A stretch of DNA of 44,209 bases. Source: a virus (lineage: Duplodnaviria > Caudoviricetes). Made by a program: the position numbers and the translations under genes. Positions 35,282-44,209 of the stretch are shown here, piece by piece. Below the pieces are notes generated by a model, which saw nothing but the letters and a program-made list of their open reading frames with translations, was not told where the DNA came from and searched no databases. Each line of letters begins with the position of its first letter. Position 1 is the stretch's first letter. The stretch is taken from the IMG/VR virus record IMGVR_UViG_3300049924_000183, positions 1-44,209 of that record; one strand, given 5' to 3'.

Positions 35282-35548
35282 TCACTTCTTTGCAGACGCC
35301 CACCGGGCGTTTTCTGCGTCGACCTTTCGCTGGGCGAGAAGGCCTTGCTCCTTGAGAGACGTGATGCGTCGCACCAACGCCTTGAACCCGCGCAGCTCGG
35401 CGTGCTCGGTTCCCGAGCCATCCGACTCGCGCCACGCGTGCACGATGTCGGATTCCACTTTGGTGACCAGCTCCCCGAACAACTCGTGCTCGAGGAGCAG
35501 CGTCGCCGCACGTCCGATGCGGATGTGCTCTTCTGTCTGATCGATCAT
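35282..35548 (-). CDS. Small conserved head-module protein
   Basis: GR.A..LLE...F...V........W pattern of the small gene between portal and scaffold in such phages. Confidence 0.65.
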   Translation of the reverse strand: MIDQTEEHIRIGRAATLLLEHELFGELVTKVESDIVHAWRESDGSGTEHAELRGFKALVRRITSLKEQGLLAQRKVDAENARWASAKK

Positions 35549-36819
35549 TTCATCAGTTCATCGATGAAACCGGGCATCGGGCGGAACTTGCCGAGTTCCG
35601 GTGCGAGGTTCATCTGGACGCGTTCCGCGACGCCGACACTGTCGTCGATCACCGCCTGTGATTCATACAGCACTTGCTCGTCGATGCGGTCGATCTCTTT
35701 CTCGATCTCGAGTTTCTCGCGCTGCAGTTCGAGGTAGTAGCGCAGCATCCCGCCGCCGGGCGCTGGACCGCCGCCCGCGGGAGAAGACGGCAGCGCGGTG
35801 TTCGCTGGCGTCAGGTTACTGAACGTCGCAACCCCGGCGACGAACGGCACCGACAGCGTGCCCACGACCGAGATGCCGAGCGTCAGAGACTCCACGGTGC
35901 AATTCGGCAGCGACCCAGTGAACGTGGCACCGAACTGGTCGAGCGCAGTCACGGTAATTGGTGACAGCAGCACACCAACGGTGTACGAGCCATTCGGGTT
36001 GACGATGGAGAGCGACGAGTAGATCGGGGGAACGGTGAACGACGCCGACGACGCCGCGGTGCCGCCCGGCGTTGTCACACGGATCGTGCCGCTCGCGGGC
36101 GACCCAAGCGCGATCGTGGCCCGGGCCTGCGTCGCGGAATCCACAATCAACCCCGTCATCGCCACCGACGGACCATGCGTGGCGAGGGTTGCGTCCGTCA
36201 GATTGGTGCCTGTGATCGTGACCTGCGTGCCCACCGGCCCGCTGCTCGGGCTGATGGAAGAGATTGCGGGCGTCGGGGCCGCGCTGTCGATGATCTCAAA
36301 ACGGCTGTACCGTGCATTGAAGCCGCCCGTCGAAACGATCTCGATGTAGAATTGCGCGCCAGTCGTCGTGATGGGAACACCCGCATCCGCCGCGCCGTAG
36401 CTTACAAGCGCGCCGTTGGTGTTGATCTGGTAATCCGCTGCCGCGCCTGCGATGTCTGCCGCTGGCTGCGTCCAGAGCACGGTGCTGTTGTCGCTGTCCA
36501 GCACGCGCAGCCGCTTCGATGCGAACCCGCCCGACGGCACATTGCCGACCGCGACGAGGGTGTACGTGCCTGCTGCCTTATCGACCCGAATCTTCTGGCT
36601 CGTACCTGTCGGGACGATCGTCGTCGCCGGGTAGATGCCGCCCGCGACCGCAGACGTGTCGAGGTATGACACGCCGCTTGCATTGGCCGTCCAGCCGTAT
36701 GTGAGCCCGCTGAATGTCTGCGCGTAGATCGACGCGCCGGACCCGCATGACAGCCACACTTCATCGGTCGCCTTCGCGCCCGTTGTTGACGCACTGACGT
36801 AAATCTTCTTCGTCGCCAT
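35545..36819 (-). CDS. Ig-like (IPT/TIG) domain protein, possible virion decoration or fibre
   Basis: PAISSISPSSGPVGTQVTITGTNL...SGTIRVTTPGGTA; second Ig-like domain (V.A.DQFG...GVATFSNL); acidic coiled-coil tail. Confidence 0.75.
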   Translation of the reverse strand: MATKKIYVSASTTGAKATDEVWLSCGSGASIYAQTFSGLTYGWTANASGVSYLDTSAVAGGIYPATTIVPTGTSQKIRVDKAAGTYTLVAVGNVPSGGFASKRLRVLDSDNSTVLWTQPAADIAGAAADYQINTNGALVSYGAADAGVPITTTGAQFYIEIVSTGGFNARYSRFEIIDSAAPTPAISSISPSSGPVGTQVTITGTNLTDATLATHGPSVAMTGLIVDSATQARATIALGSPASGTIRVTTPGGTAASSASFTVPPIYSSLSIVNPNGSYTVGVLLSPITVTALDQFGATFTGSLPNCTVESLTLGISVVGTLSVPFVAGVATFSNLTPANTALPSSPAGGGPAPGGGMLRYYLELQREKLEIEKEIDRIDEQVLYESQAVIDDSVGVAERVQMNLAPELGKFRPMPGFIDELMK

Positions 36820-38462
36820 CAGAGCACCCCGCCGCGCAGCGCGATGCCGCGCAAGCCGTACTGGTGGATTTGGTTCAGGTGCTTCTGCTTCACCGTGTTA
36901 TCGACCGCGATATTCGCGTCGCAGTACGGTCCATCGGTGCCGTTGCGCGGCGTGCCGGCCAGACCGGCGTACAACAAGTCACCGCGATCCCGCCACTGCG
37001 AGCCGTAGCCCTTCGCATACATCCAGTAGAACGCCGTCGCGTACCACCCATTGCTGTCCACGTTGACGTCATTGATCGCGCCATGCGACGCGCTGACGTC
37101 GGTATAGAACAGCGTATCAGCGGCCAAGTCGCGATACTGCGTCCAGAGGTATTCCGTGAGGTCGCGGATGCGCTGAATCACGTCGTTCGTGAGCGTCGTG
37201 CCCAAGAGCGCGCTATGCCACTTCACGATGTCGTGCAGGATGCAGATCGTGAGCCCTTGCTGGAAATGCTGCACGGGTGACACGAAGGGAGCAGTCCCCG
37301 GCGTCACACTACCGATGATGTTCCGCAGGCCCGCCGGGTTGCCGAGCGTCGCGTTGAAGACTTCAGACGTGAGCCATCGATTGAGCAGCGCAATCAGGGT
37401 AGCTTCCGCTGTGGCCCCCTCATACGTCACGACGGTCGACCCACGCCCCGAACGGATGAGCGCCGAAAGACGGGCGAAATTGTAGCAGATGGCGCGACAG
37501 CTCGTGCCGTACTGTCCTGAATACGAGACCGCGGGAGTCGTGCCGCCGTTCGCGTCACTGAGAATACGCGACCATGGCAGGCCCCACGCAATCCACGAGC
37601 TATAGGCCTGACTCGACCACGGCTTTGACACGTCGGCAAGCCCGTTCCAGCACGCCGAGGACTCTCCGAACAATGCATCCATCAGTGCGATGGAATAGGT
37701 CTCCATCGCCTGCTCGTTTGCGTTCCAGCTGGCCGGGACGAGGTACAGCTCGCGGATCGCCGCATAGGTCGCCAGTGCGCGCTGCATCCACACGATGTCC
37801 CCCGTGCGCGCCCACTTCTGCAGACACATGCCGGGCCGATCGTACTGCGAACCACCCGCACCGAGATTCCCGCTGAAGTTCGAGCCCACCCAGTCGGCGT
37901 AGTACGCGCTGAAGTTTGTCGTCAGGATCGACTCGACGCCCTGCAAAAACGCGGGCGACACGGGCGTCTGGCTTTCAGGAATCAGCGGCCCAAACACCTG
38001 AGACGCGCAGAGTTGCGTCGCACTCGTCGGCAATCCGACACCAGAAAGGATTGTCGCTGTCTGGTAGTTCGACGCCGTCACCGCGGGCCACGACGGTGCG
38101 GTCCACGTCGGCCCCGTGAGGGCCGCTGTCGTCCCGATCTTGAGGACCGCCGCTTCTGGCGTGCCATTCGTCAGCGTGCGGTCACACTGTGCACGCAGCA
38201 CGGCGAGCGAGCCGTCCGAGTGTAGCCACGCCCCTTCCTGAAACGTCGCGGCGACCTCCGCGCCCCCAACTTCGATCCGCTTTGCCCCGCCGGGAAACAG
38301 CTGCCCGGGCTGCAAGGGAATGCCCACCATCACACGGGTCGTGCCGGCCCCTGACGCGAGGCGCGAGAAGTTCAGCGCCACATCGGTTGACGAGCTGCCG
38401 CCAATCGTCGTGTCCACCGATCGAGCGCCCGCCGTGAAGCGAAACGTGAGCCCTGTCGGCAT
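36819..38462 (-). CDS. Putative polysaccharide lyase / glycosidase-like protein
   Basis: N-terminal GIPL.PG...H.DGS motif and aromatic-rich helical C-terminal domain (YDR...W.RTGD). Confidence 0.5.
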   Translation of the reverse strand: MPTGLTFRFTAGARSVDTTIGGSSSTDVALNFSRLASGAGTTRVMVGIPLQPGQLFPGGAKRIEVGGAEVAATFQEGAWLHSDGSLAVLRAQCDRTLTNGTPEAAVLKIGTTAALTGPTWTAPSWPAVTASNYQTATILSGVGLPTSATQLCASQVFGPLIPESQTPVSPAFLQGVESILTTNFSAYYADWVGSNFSGNLGAGGSQYDRPGMCLQKWARTGDIVWMQRALATYAAIRELYLVPASWNANEQAMETYSIALMDALFGESSACWNGLADVSKPWSSQAYSSWIAWGLPWSRILSDANGGTTPAVSYSGQYGTSCRAICYNFARLSALIRSGRGSTVVTYEGATAEATLIALLNRWLTSEVFNATLGNPAGLRNIIGSVTPGTAPFVSPVQHFQQGLTICILHDIVKWHSALLGTTLTNDVIQRIRDLTEYLWTQYRDLAADTLFYTDVSASHGAINDVNVDSNGWYATAFYWMYAKGYGSQWRDRGDLLYAGLAGTPRNGTDGPYCDANIAVDNTVKQKHLNQIHQYGLRGIALRGGVL

Positions 38463-39052
38463 CAGCGAGTCCCCACAATGACGCCGAGCACGAACGCACC
38501 GGTGGCGAGCGTGGTCGTCCCGACGCCCGCAATGAAACGACGCAGCTTCGAGGGCTTGGCGATGCGTCGCGTCGCCTCGAGCACCCGGCGGGTACTATCG
38601 AGCTGTGCGCGCAGCGCACCATACCGCACGCTGTCGTCCGCGAAATGTGCGGACATGACGTGATCAAGTTCGACGAACGTGACGGAGTCACTCCGCACCT
38701 TGAGTGCGAGCATCGCCACGTCAGAGACCGCGGTATCCCGCTCGGCGGTCACGCGAATCAGCAGCGTGTCAGGGATGTCGACCGAATCGACCGGTGTGTA
38801 CTGACGCCGAGGGATGACGGGCGTCACCCGGCGGGCTTTCAGCAGCGAGTCGATCAATCGCAAGTGCCCCGTGCGCGCTTCCGCGGCCTCGAAGAGCAAC
38901 GATTCAGAACGATCGACGTGCTGTAGTGCGGTTTGCAGGCTATCCCGAACCATGGTGAGCTGCTTCGCGTGATGCGATTCCCGCGTGAGACCCATGGCGA
39001 TTGCGCCCCCGACCGCAGTCAGGAGCGCAATCAACGTGAGATACCGCTTCAC
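38462..39052 (-). CDS. Spanin-like lysis accessory protein
   Basis: N-terminal TM, coiled coil, C-terminal hydrophobic segment; follows the endolysin. Confidence 0.55.
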   Translation of the reverse strand: MKRYLTLIALLTAVGGAIAMGLTRESHHAKQLTMVRDSLQTALQHVDRSESLLFEAAEARTGHLRLIDSLLKARRVTPVIPRRQYTPVDSVDIPDTLLIRVTAERDTAVSDVAMLALKVRSDSVTFVELDHVMSAHFADDSVRYGALRAQLDSTRRVLEATRRIAKPSKLRRFIAGVGTTTLATGAFVLGVIVGTR

Positions 39053-39132
39053 TTCTTGTCCGACTTCTGGCCGATGTAGTACACGGCCCCGCAGAACACC
39101 ATCATGAACAGCAGAAACGGCAGGACTTCCAT
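39049..39132 (-). CDS. 27-aa membrane peptide in the lysis cassette (not in the ORF track)
   Basis: MEVLPFLLFMMVFCGAVYYIGQKSDKK; GGAG upstream; GTGA coupling to the next gene. Confidence 0.55.
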   Translation of the reverse strand: MEVLPFLLFMMVFCGAVYYIGQKSDKK

Positions 39133-39134
39133 CG

Positions 39135-39608
39135 TCAGCTCCAGCGTACAATCAGGTCTTTGGGCTTCAGCGTGCGATCCCGCTCGAAGACGCCCCACCC
39201 ATCACGAGACCCACCATCATTGGTGTTCCCTTCGATGGTGTCGATGACACCATTCATGTTGCCGCTGTCCACGAACCCCGTGTGCGCGTAGCGACCGAGC
39301 GACGGATACCAGAGCAGGAAGATGTCGCCCCGGCGAGCTTCGCTCTGCGGCACGACCAAGCCCTTCTTGATGGCGGCGTCCGCGAGGTGCTGACAGGACG
39401 CCGTCACCGGGAGCTCGTTGTCGGTCCCGGCGAGGCACGTCACGACGAACGAACAGCACCACGGCGATCCGAGTGGTGCATTCGCGTAGCGGTTCATCGC
39501 GTCGATCTCAGGACTGCGATTCGAGCCCCGGGGCACCTCACGCACGACGAGCTTGCGTCGTGCGTCCGCCATCACGTCGTCAATTGCCGCTTCCGTCGCG
39601 GAGATCAC
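39135..39608 (-). CDS. Endolysin, CHAP-domain amidase/peptidase
   Basis: PWCCSFV (Cys), GDI, HTGFV (His), TIEGNT. Confidence 0.88.
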   Translation of the reverse strand: MISATEAAIDDVMADARRKLVVREVPRGSNRSPEIDAMNRYANAPLGSPWCCSFVVTCLAGTDNELPVTASCQHLADAAIKKGLVVPQSEARRGDIFLLWYPSLGRYAHTGFVDSGNMNGVIDTIEGNTNDGGSRDGWGVFERDRTLKPKDLIVRWS

Positions 39609-39892
39609 GGTGCGGGCTCCACGCCTTCGTGCAAGTCCCTCACATTGCCCGTCAGCGTCGTGTCGAATCTACCCGTGATCGTCGTGGTGTTGCGCTCGAG
39701 GAACTTCAGGAAGGTGTTCCGACCGAAACTCGCCGCGAGGATCGCGATGTACAGCGTCACGGCGGGCCAGAACGCCCCGCTGGAGACCAGTTTCAGCCCG
39801 ACATAGACCCCGGCGAGGGCGAGCACCTTGTAGAGCGCCAGACCGCCCTTGCCGTCGTCCAGATCGAGGAACTTGATGGCTCCAGAGATCAC
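39605..39892 (-). CDS. Putative holin
   Basis: 95 aa with two TM helices, immediately upstream of the endolysin. Confidence 0.6.
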   Translation of the reverse strand: MISGAIKFLDLDDGKGGLALYKVLALAGVYVGLKLVSSGAFWPAVTLYIAILAASFGRNTFLKFLERNTTTITGRFDTTLTGNVRDLHEGVEPAP

Positions 39893-42096
39893 TGATCACC
39901 TCCCGATGCAGGCTGAGACTCCTTCTTCGCCTCGGCGTTCACCTCGGCGGCGTGCTTCTGTGCGTCCGATCGCGTCTCATTCGCGTGGATGGCGGCGTCT
40001 CGCTGCGCGGCAATGCGGATTTCCTCGAGTCGAGCGTCCAACGCGGCCTGATCGATCATCTGCTGGTACTTCATCTCGAGCTCCTGCGCCCGCAACGCCT
40101 GATCCATGTACATCCGGTCGCGTTCGCGGTCGTCTTCCATCTTGATGCGCATCTCGTCGAGCTGCAGGCGAGCCTGCTGGTCGGCGAGCTTCATCTGCGC
40201 TTCCTGCACCTTGAGCTGCGACTCCTGCATCTTGAGCTGCATCTCGGCCTGCACGCGTGCCGACTCTATCTTGACGAGTTCCATCTCTGGATTCGGCTGC
40301 TCAGACCCCGGCGGGGGTGCTGGCGGTTGCCAATTCGGGTCGACACGGTTGAAATAGCGGGCCGCGTCAGGCCGTCCGGCGATTGTCACGCCATCAAGGA
40401 GCGCATTGCTGTACTGATGCAGGCTGACGAGCGGATTCTGCGGCCCGAGGGTCTGCAGAATCTGTTCCTGCGCCTGCTTGATCGCACCGATCAGCTGCAG
40501 TTTCTGGTCGACGGTGCCCATCCCGAGCGCGACATTCACGTCGACACCCGTTTCGTCGTCCCATCCGCCCGGCGTGACCTGCGTGAAGGTGCCGTTGATG
40601 CGCACCATGCGCCCGTACCACTGATGCTTGCGCAGCAGCTTGAAGATGCGCGTGAACAGGTGCTTCACGCCTTCGGCAAACACGCGACAGATCATCTCGA
40701 CCTGCTGCTGTGACGCCGTCACGGACGCATCCACGGCGGTCTTCGTGCTGCTCTGCAGGGCCTGCGAGTCAATCGTCGCCGGGAGCAGGCCGATGCGCTG
40801 TTCCTTCACGCGATCGAGGTACTCAATGGCCGACAGCGCTTCCTTGCCGACATACGGCGTGACGAACGGCTGGGCCAGTCCGATCGCGTCCATGCGAATC
40901 GGTGCGCCGATCTCGTCATTCAGCAGGTCCGCCAGCGACACGCGCCCATCGACATACCCGATCCGCGGGAAGATGGAGAGCGAGAGGCTGTCGTTCATGC
41001 CGCGCATCAGATGCGACTTGATGTACTGCAGGTCCATGACGTTGTCCGCCGTCGACAGACCAATCACCGTGTGAGGAATAGGGTGCGGACACACCAGTGA
41101 GAAGGGTTGCCCCTCCTCGACTTCCTCATTGTGAACGATGACACGACTGGGTCCGAGTACGCAGACGCGTCGCAATTCCGCGATGCCGTCACCGTCATAG
41201 TCGTAGCGAATGTACGCTTCGACGTACTCGAACAAGTCCCCGGCGTCGTCGAGAGGAGTCGGAGCGTCAGCCGTTTCATACGGGTTGCGACTTGCTCGCT
41301 CTTCATTTGCCGAAAGCCCCGAAGGGCTCTGTCCTGCTTCGTCGATCTGGTCTTCCGACACGCCCATCTCGACCAACTCGCTGCGGGTCACATCCCGGCG
41401 GTGTCCGATGAACTGCGCAGTATCGAGACTGCGCGTGTGGCGGTCAAAGATCAACTCTTCTGGCGGAATGCACTCCACCTTCACATAGCCGCGGGTGTTC
41501 TTCCGTGTCACGCGCATCGTGACGGAGCCGTCCGGGTTCTGCGTCGGCGCTACCGATTCGATCGAGGGGTCCGCGACGAGGGCCTGCATCTCGTCCGGCG
41601 ACGTGATCACGATCTCTTCTTCGCGTGTCGCGCCCGGCTTGGTGGCCCACTCGCTCTTCACGATGCCCATCTTCTTCAGCAGCGCATCATGGAACCAGCT
41701 GTAGAAGATCGGGAACCCGGGGTTGTCCTGCCCGAGCACCACGTCCTTCACGAAGGTCGTGGCCTGCTCCGCGGCACCCACCGTCTCCTCACGCGACGGA
41801 CGGTACTCGACCGTCTTCTCGCTGCCGAGGAACACCCGCAGAATGGCCGGCAGCACCGCATGGATGGTGTCGCGCACCTCGGTCGTGATGACCTGCGAAC
41901 GGCCTTCCTTCTCGGTGCCGAACTTCTCGCCCTTGTAGTACTGCACGGCTTTCGCACGATCCAACGACACTTCCGAGTCGATGAAGAGCACGGCGTCGTT
42001 GATCGCATTGTCGAGCGCACTGCGCAGCTCCGCCTCTTCGTCCTCGGGCGTCTCCTGCTCGTCCTGCTCGTCTGGTTCAGTCAAGTCGTACAGCAT
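39889..42096 (-). CDS. Portal protein (P22-like, with C-terminal coiled-coil barrel)
   Basis: YY.GE..G.E.EGRSQV....V.DT; DALL.K.GI.K; D.DGDGI.E; Gln-rich C-terminus. Confidence 0.92.
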   Translation of the reverse strand: MLYDLTEPDEQDEQETPEDEEAELRSALDNAINDAVLFIDSEVSLDRAKAVQYYKGEKFGTEKEGRSQVITTEVRDTIHAVLPAILRVFLGSEKTVEYRPSREETVGAAEQATTFVKDVVLGQDNPGFPIFYSWFHDALLKKMGIVKSEWATKPGATREEEIVITSPDEMQALVADPSIESVAPTQNPDGSVTMRVTRKNTRGYVKVECIPPEELIFDRHTRSLDTAQFIGHRRDVTRSELVEMGVSEDQIDEAGQSPSGLSANEERASRNPYETADAPTPLDDAGDLFEYVEAYIRYDYDGDGIAELRRVCVLGPSRVIVHNEEVEEGQPFSLVCPHPIPHTVIGLSTADNVMDLQYIKSHLMRGMNDSLSLSIFPRIGYVDGRVSLADLLNDEIGAPIRMDAIGLAQPFVTPYVGKEALSAIEYLDRVKEQRIGLLPATIDSQALQSSTKTAVDASVTASQQQVEMICRVFAEGVKHLFTRIFKLLRKHQWYGRMVRINGTFTQVTPGGWDDETGVDVNVALGMGTVDQKLQLIGAIKQAQEQILQTLGPQNPLVSLHQYSNALLDGVTIAGRPDAARYFNRVDPNWQPPAPPPGSEQPNPEMELVKIESARVQAEMQLKMQESQLKVQEAQMKLADQQARLQLDEMRIKMEDDRERDRMYMDQALRAQELEMKYQQMIDQAALDARLEEIRIAAQRDAAIHANETRSDAQKHAAEVNAEAKKESQPASGGDQ

Positions 42097-42113
42097 TCAG
42101 CAAACGTGATGGG

Positions 42114-42653
42114 TTACCATGCGCTCGACAATCCTGACGAATCTGTCAAGAGACGATATGTGCGCAGGTTGAGCGCAAAGTTCGTGAAGCGGAGGGCTTT
42201 CACGTTGATGCCGTACTGGTTCAACTCCGTGTTACACACCTTCTGCAATGCGGCCAGCAGCCGGCCCCGCGCATCGGCCTCGAGTCGCTTCGGGTCGAGC
42301 CCGGCCATGTACTCCGCGATGCGGGCCGTGATGAGCTCCTGCGCGGTCTCGTGCGCATCGTCGATCTCGACCAACGCCTTGATCGCATCGATGATCTCGA
42401 CCGTGGCGGACACCGAGTAGTTCAGCGTCGTGCCGTCCTGCAAGGTCAGCACCGACATCGGCGTCGTGACAACCGCCGGGACCGTCGATGTGCCGCGCAC
42501 CTCCTCGATGTACGGCAGCACCCAGTAGATGCCGGGGCCGACGGTATGCGTCGGCCGATTGCACCAGAACCGCACGCCCATCTCCCATGCGTGCACTTCG
42601 CGCAGGGGCCAGAGGGTCGTGATGATCTCCATCAGCAGCCGAATCAGCTCCAT
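42114..42653 (-). CDS. SPFH / Band-7 domain protein
   Basis: WE.GVRF......VGPG.YW.LP; L...DG; YGI.V. Confidence 0.8.
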   Translation of the reverse strand: MELIRLLMEIITTLWPLREVHAWEMGVRFWCNRPTHTVGPGIYWVLPYIEEVRGTSTVPAVVTTPMSVLTLQDGTTLNYSVSATVEIIDAIKALVEIDDAHETAQELITARIAEYMAGLDPKRLEADARGRLLAALQKVCNTELNQYGINVKALRFTNFALNLRTYRLLTDSSGLSSAW

Positions 42654-42656
42654 ACA

Positions 42657-44114
42657 CTACCCGTAGACCGCGGCAGTGCCGCGCTTGATTGGTTTGCTCC
42701 ACGACCCGACCGCCTTGCTGCCATGCAGTGCGGTGACCGCATTCACGGCGAAGGTCAAGCAGAACGCGTCAGCAAGGTCAGGGGACCGCAGTCCCCGGCG
42801 TTTGAGATCGTCCTTCGACTCCGCCTGATACTTGCCACCGCTCGTGAACTTGTACGTGATGCCGGTGAGCTCCTCGATGAGCGATTCCTTGCGGTTGTCC
42901 CGCGGAATGCGCACCGTCTTCGACTCGAACCACTCCCGGGCACGGAACCACAGCTCGGCGCGTTGGTTGCGGTACTTGTCCGAGAGGGCGGCGGTCTCAC
43001 TGACGTTGATCGCTCGCGCCGGGAGCCCCAGTTCACGGAGGCGATCCGCCACGCCGGCACCGATGCCGATCGCGTCGACGAGGATGTGCTGCGGGCGGTT
43101 ATCAAAACTCGTGGTCTCGTAGGCGTGCTTCACCTTGCCGACCGTCGCCATCAGGTCCGGCTCACGCCACCACTCGACAGGTTCCAGCAGAACAGCACCC
43201 TTACGCTTCGCGAGTGCCGTGCGATCGTTTCCCGACCGTGCGCAGTCGAGACCCCAAACCACGGCGGTGTCTGCGGCGACCCTGATCTCTCGCTCCGTGG
43301 CCGATTCGACCAGCTCGAACGGGATGATAGTGTCCGCGTCGGCCAGCGGAAACTCGCCCAGCACACGTACACGGAACGGATTGGAGTCTCGTCCGCCATA
43401 CGTGGCTTCCATTTCCTCGATGAACTGCTTCGACACGCGAGGCGAGTCTTCGCAGGAGACGCGCAGTGTGAGCCAGCCATGGCTGTCCTTCTGGTGCGTG
43501 TTGAAGAAGTACCCGGCGGTGCGCACCGGATTCCCGCAGAGGATCGTCGTAGCAGTGTGGCCGGACATCGAGCCCGCCGCGGCCTCGAAGATCGCTTCAG
43601 GGATACCCGACGCCTCGTCGCCGATCAGCAGCACGTGGTCCGAGTGGATGCCCTGCAGCGCTTCCGGCGTCTCAGCACGACTGGTGCGAGCGGCGATGAA
43701 GCTCCCGGCGGGGTCATCCACGTGTTCGATGCGGTCGCTCTTGACGACGAACATCGCCTGCACCGCGTCCGGCAGCTGCGCGTAGAGCGTCTTGATTTCA
43801 GCCCACAATGCGTCGAACAGCTGCGCACTGGTCGGAGCCGTCACGACCGTCTTCTGTGGGTAGTGCATACACGCGTGGTGCCATGCACACGTGGCGAGGT
43901 AGCGAGTCTTGCCGACGCCGTGGCCTGACCGGATCGAGATACGGCGGTTCGCCGGGTCGACATATGCGCGGAGTGCCTTGATCTGCCACTCGTCCGGTTC
44001 GTACCGGAGCACCTCTCGAGCGAAGAGCACCGGGTCGCCGCGGTAGCGCAGCACCCACTCGATCAGTGGATTCGAGGGGGGCGACGTTTTTGTCGTAGTG
44101 CTACCAACGCTCAT
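42657..44114 (-). CDS. terL: Terminase large subunit (alternative GTG start at 44177)
   Basis: SGHGVGKT Walker A, DEASG Walker B, GNP, GLD.AR.G.D, SPD.ADA. Confidence 0.95.
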   Translation of the reverse strand: MSVGSTTTKTSPPSNPLIEWVLRYRGDPVLFAREVLRYEPDEWQIKALRAYVDPANRRISIRSGHGVGKTRYLATCAWHHACMHYPQKTVVTAPTSAQLFDALWAEIKTLYAQLPDAVQAMFVVKSDRIEHVDDPAGSFIAARTSRAETPEALQGIHSDHVLLIGDEASGIPEAIFEAAAGSMSGHTATTILCGNPVRTAGYFFNTHQKDSHGWLTLRVSCEDSPRVSKQFIEEMEATYGGRDSNPFRVRVLGEFPLADADTIIPFELVESATEREIRVAADTAVVWGLDCARSGNDRTALAKRKGAVLLEPVEWWREPDLMATVGKVKHAYETTSFDNRPQHILVDAIGIGAGVADRLRELGLPARAINVSETAALSDKYRNQRAELWFRAREWFESKTVRIPRDNRKESLIEELTGITYKFTSGGKYQAESKDDLKRRGLRSPDLADAFCLTFAVNAVTALHGSKAVGSWSKPIKRGTAAVYG

Positions 44115-44209
44115 GGGATTTTTTGTCCCGGGAGTCCCACCACCGAAGTCGGTCACTCGTAACCCGTCTTCGTCCACCCGCCCCCGCCGCCCATCGAAGG
44201 GGGGGGCCT

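Larger units (their letters stand above)
1..44209. mobile_element. Probably complete temperate podovirus-like bacteriophage genome in excised/circular form, opened between terS and terL
   Basis: Replication, packaging, head, tail, lysis and integration genes are all present with no host housekeeping genes. terS ends at position 31 and terL starts near 44.1 kb on the same strand, so joining the ends makes them adjacent. attP is intact. Confidence 0.92.

Noticed and set aside
35270-35285. Seventh operator copy (GCGAC-N6-GTCAC) upstream of the scaffold gene
   Set aside because: It deviates from the consensus in both half-sites and could be chance.

Overview
The window looks like a complete, circularly permuted genome of a GC-rich temperate tailed phage with podovirus-like architecture: P22-like portal, adaptor and hub genes, ejection proteins, and no tape measure or tail tube. 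The + strand arm (about 1.1-18.8 kb) carries small early genes, two HTH proteins, an RNA ligase, a resolvase, a repeat-anchored accessory gene block, an SNF2-like helicase, an HNH nuclease, a Cas4-like exonuclease, SSB, family A DNA polymerase, primase-helicase, dNMP kinase and a tyrosine integrase. The - strand arm runs terS (31-552), across the window junction, to terL, an SPFH protein, portal, a lysis/depolymerase block, scaffold, capsid, glycosyltransferase, tail genes and ejection proteins. The most notable observations are: (1) attP, the 3' half of a CAT-anticodon tRNA flanked by paired arm-type repeats, lies inside the integrase ORF, whose catalytic motifs are atypical; (2) accessory genes share short DNA anchors, including a stop/start box that keeps translational coupling to the helicase; (3) a six-copy TTGAC-N6-GTNAR operator-like motif; (4) several carbohydrate-related or secreted-type genes sit inside the virion modules. 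All protein calls come from motif recognition by eye; no database searches were run.
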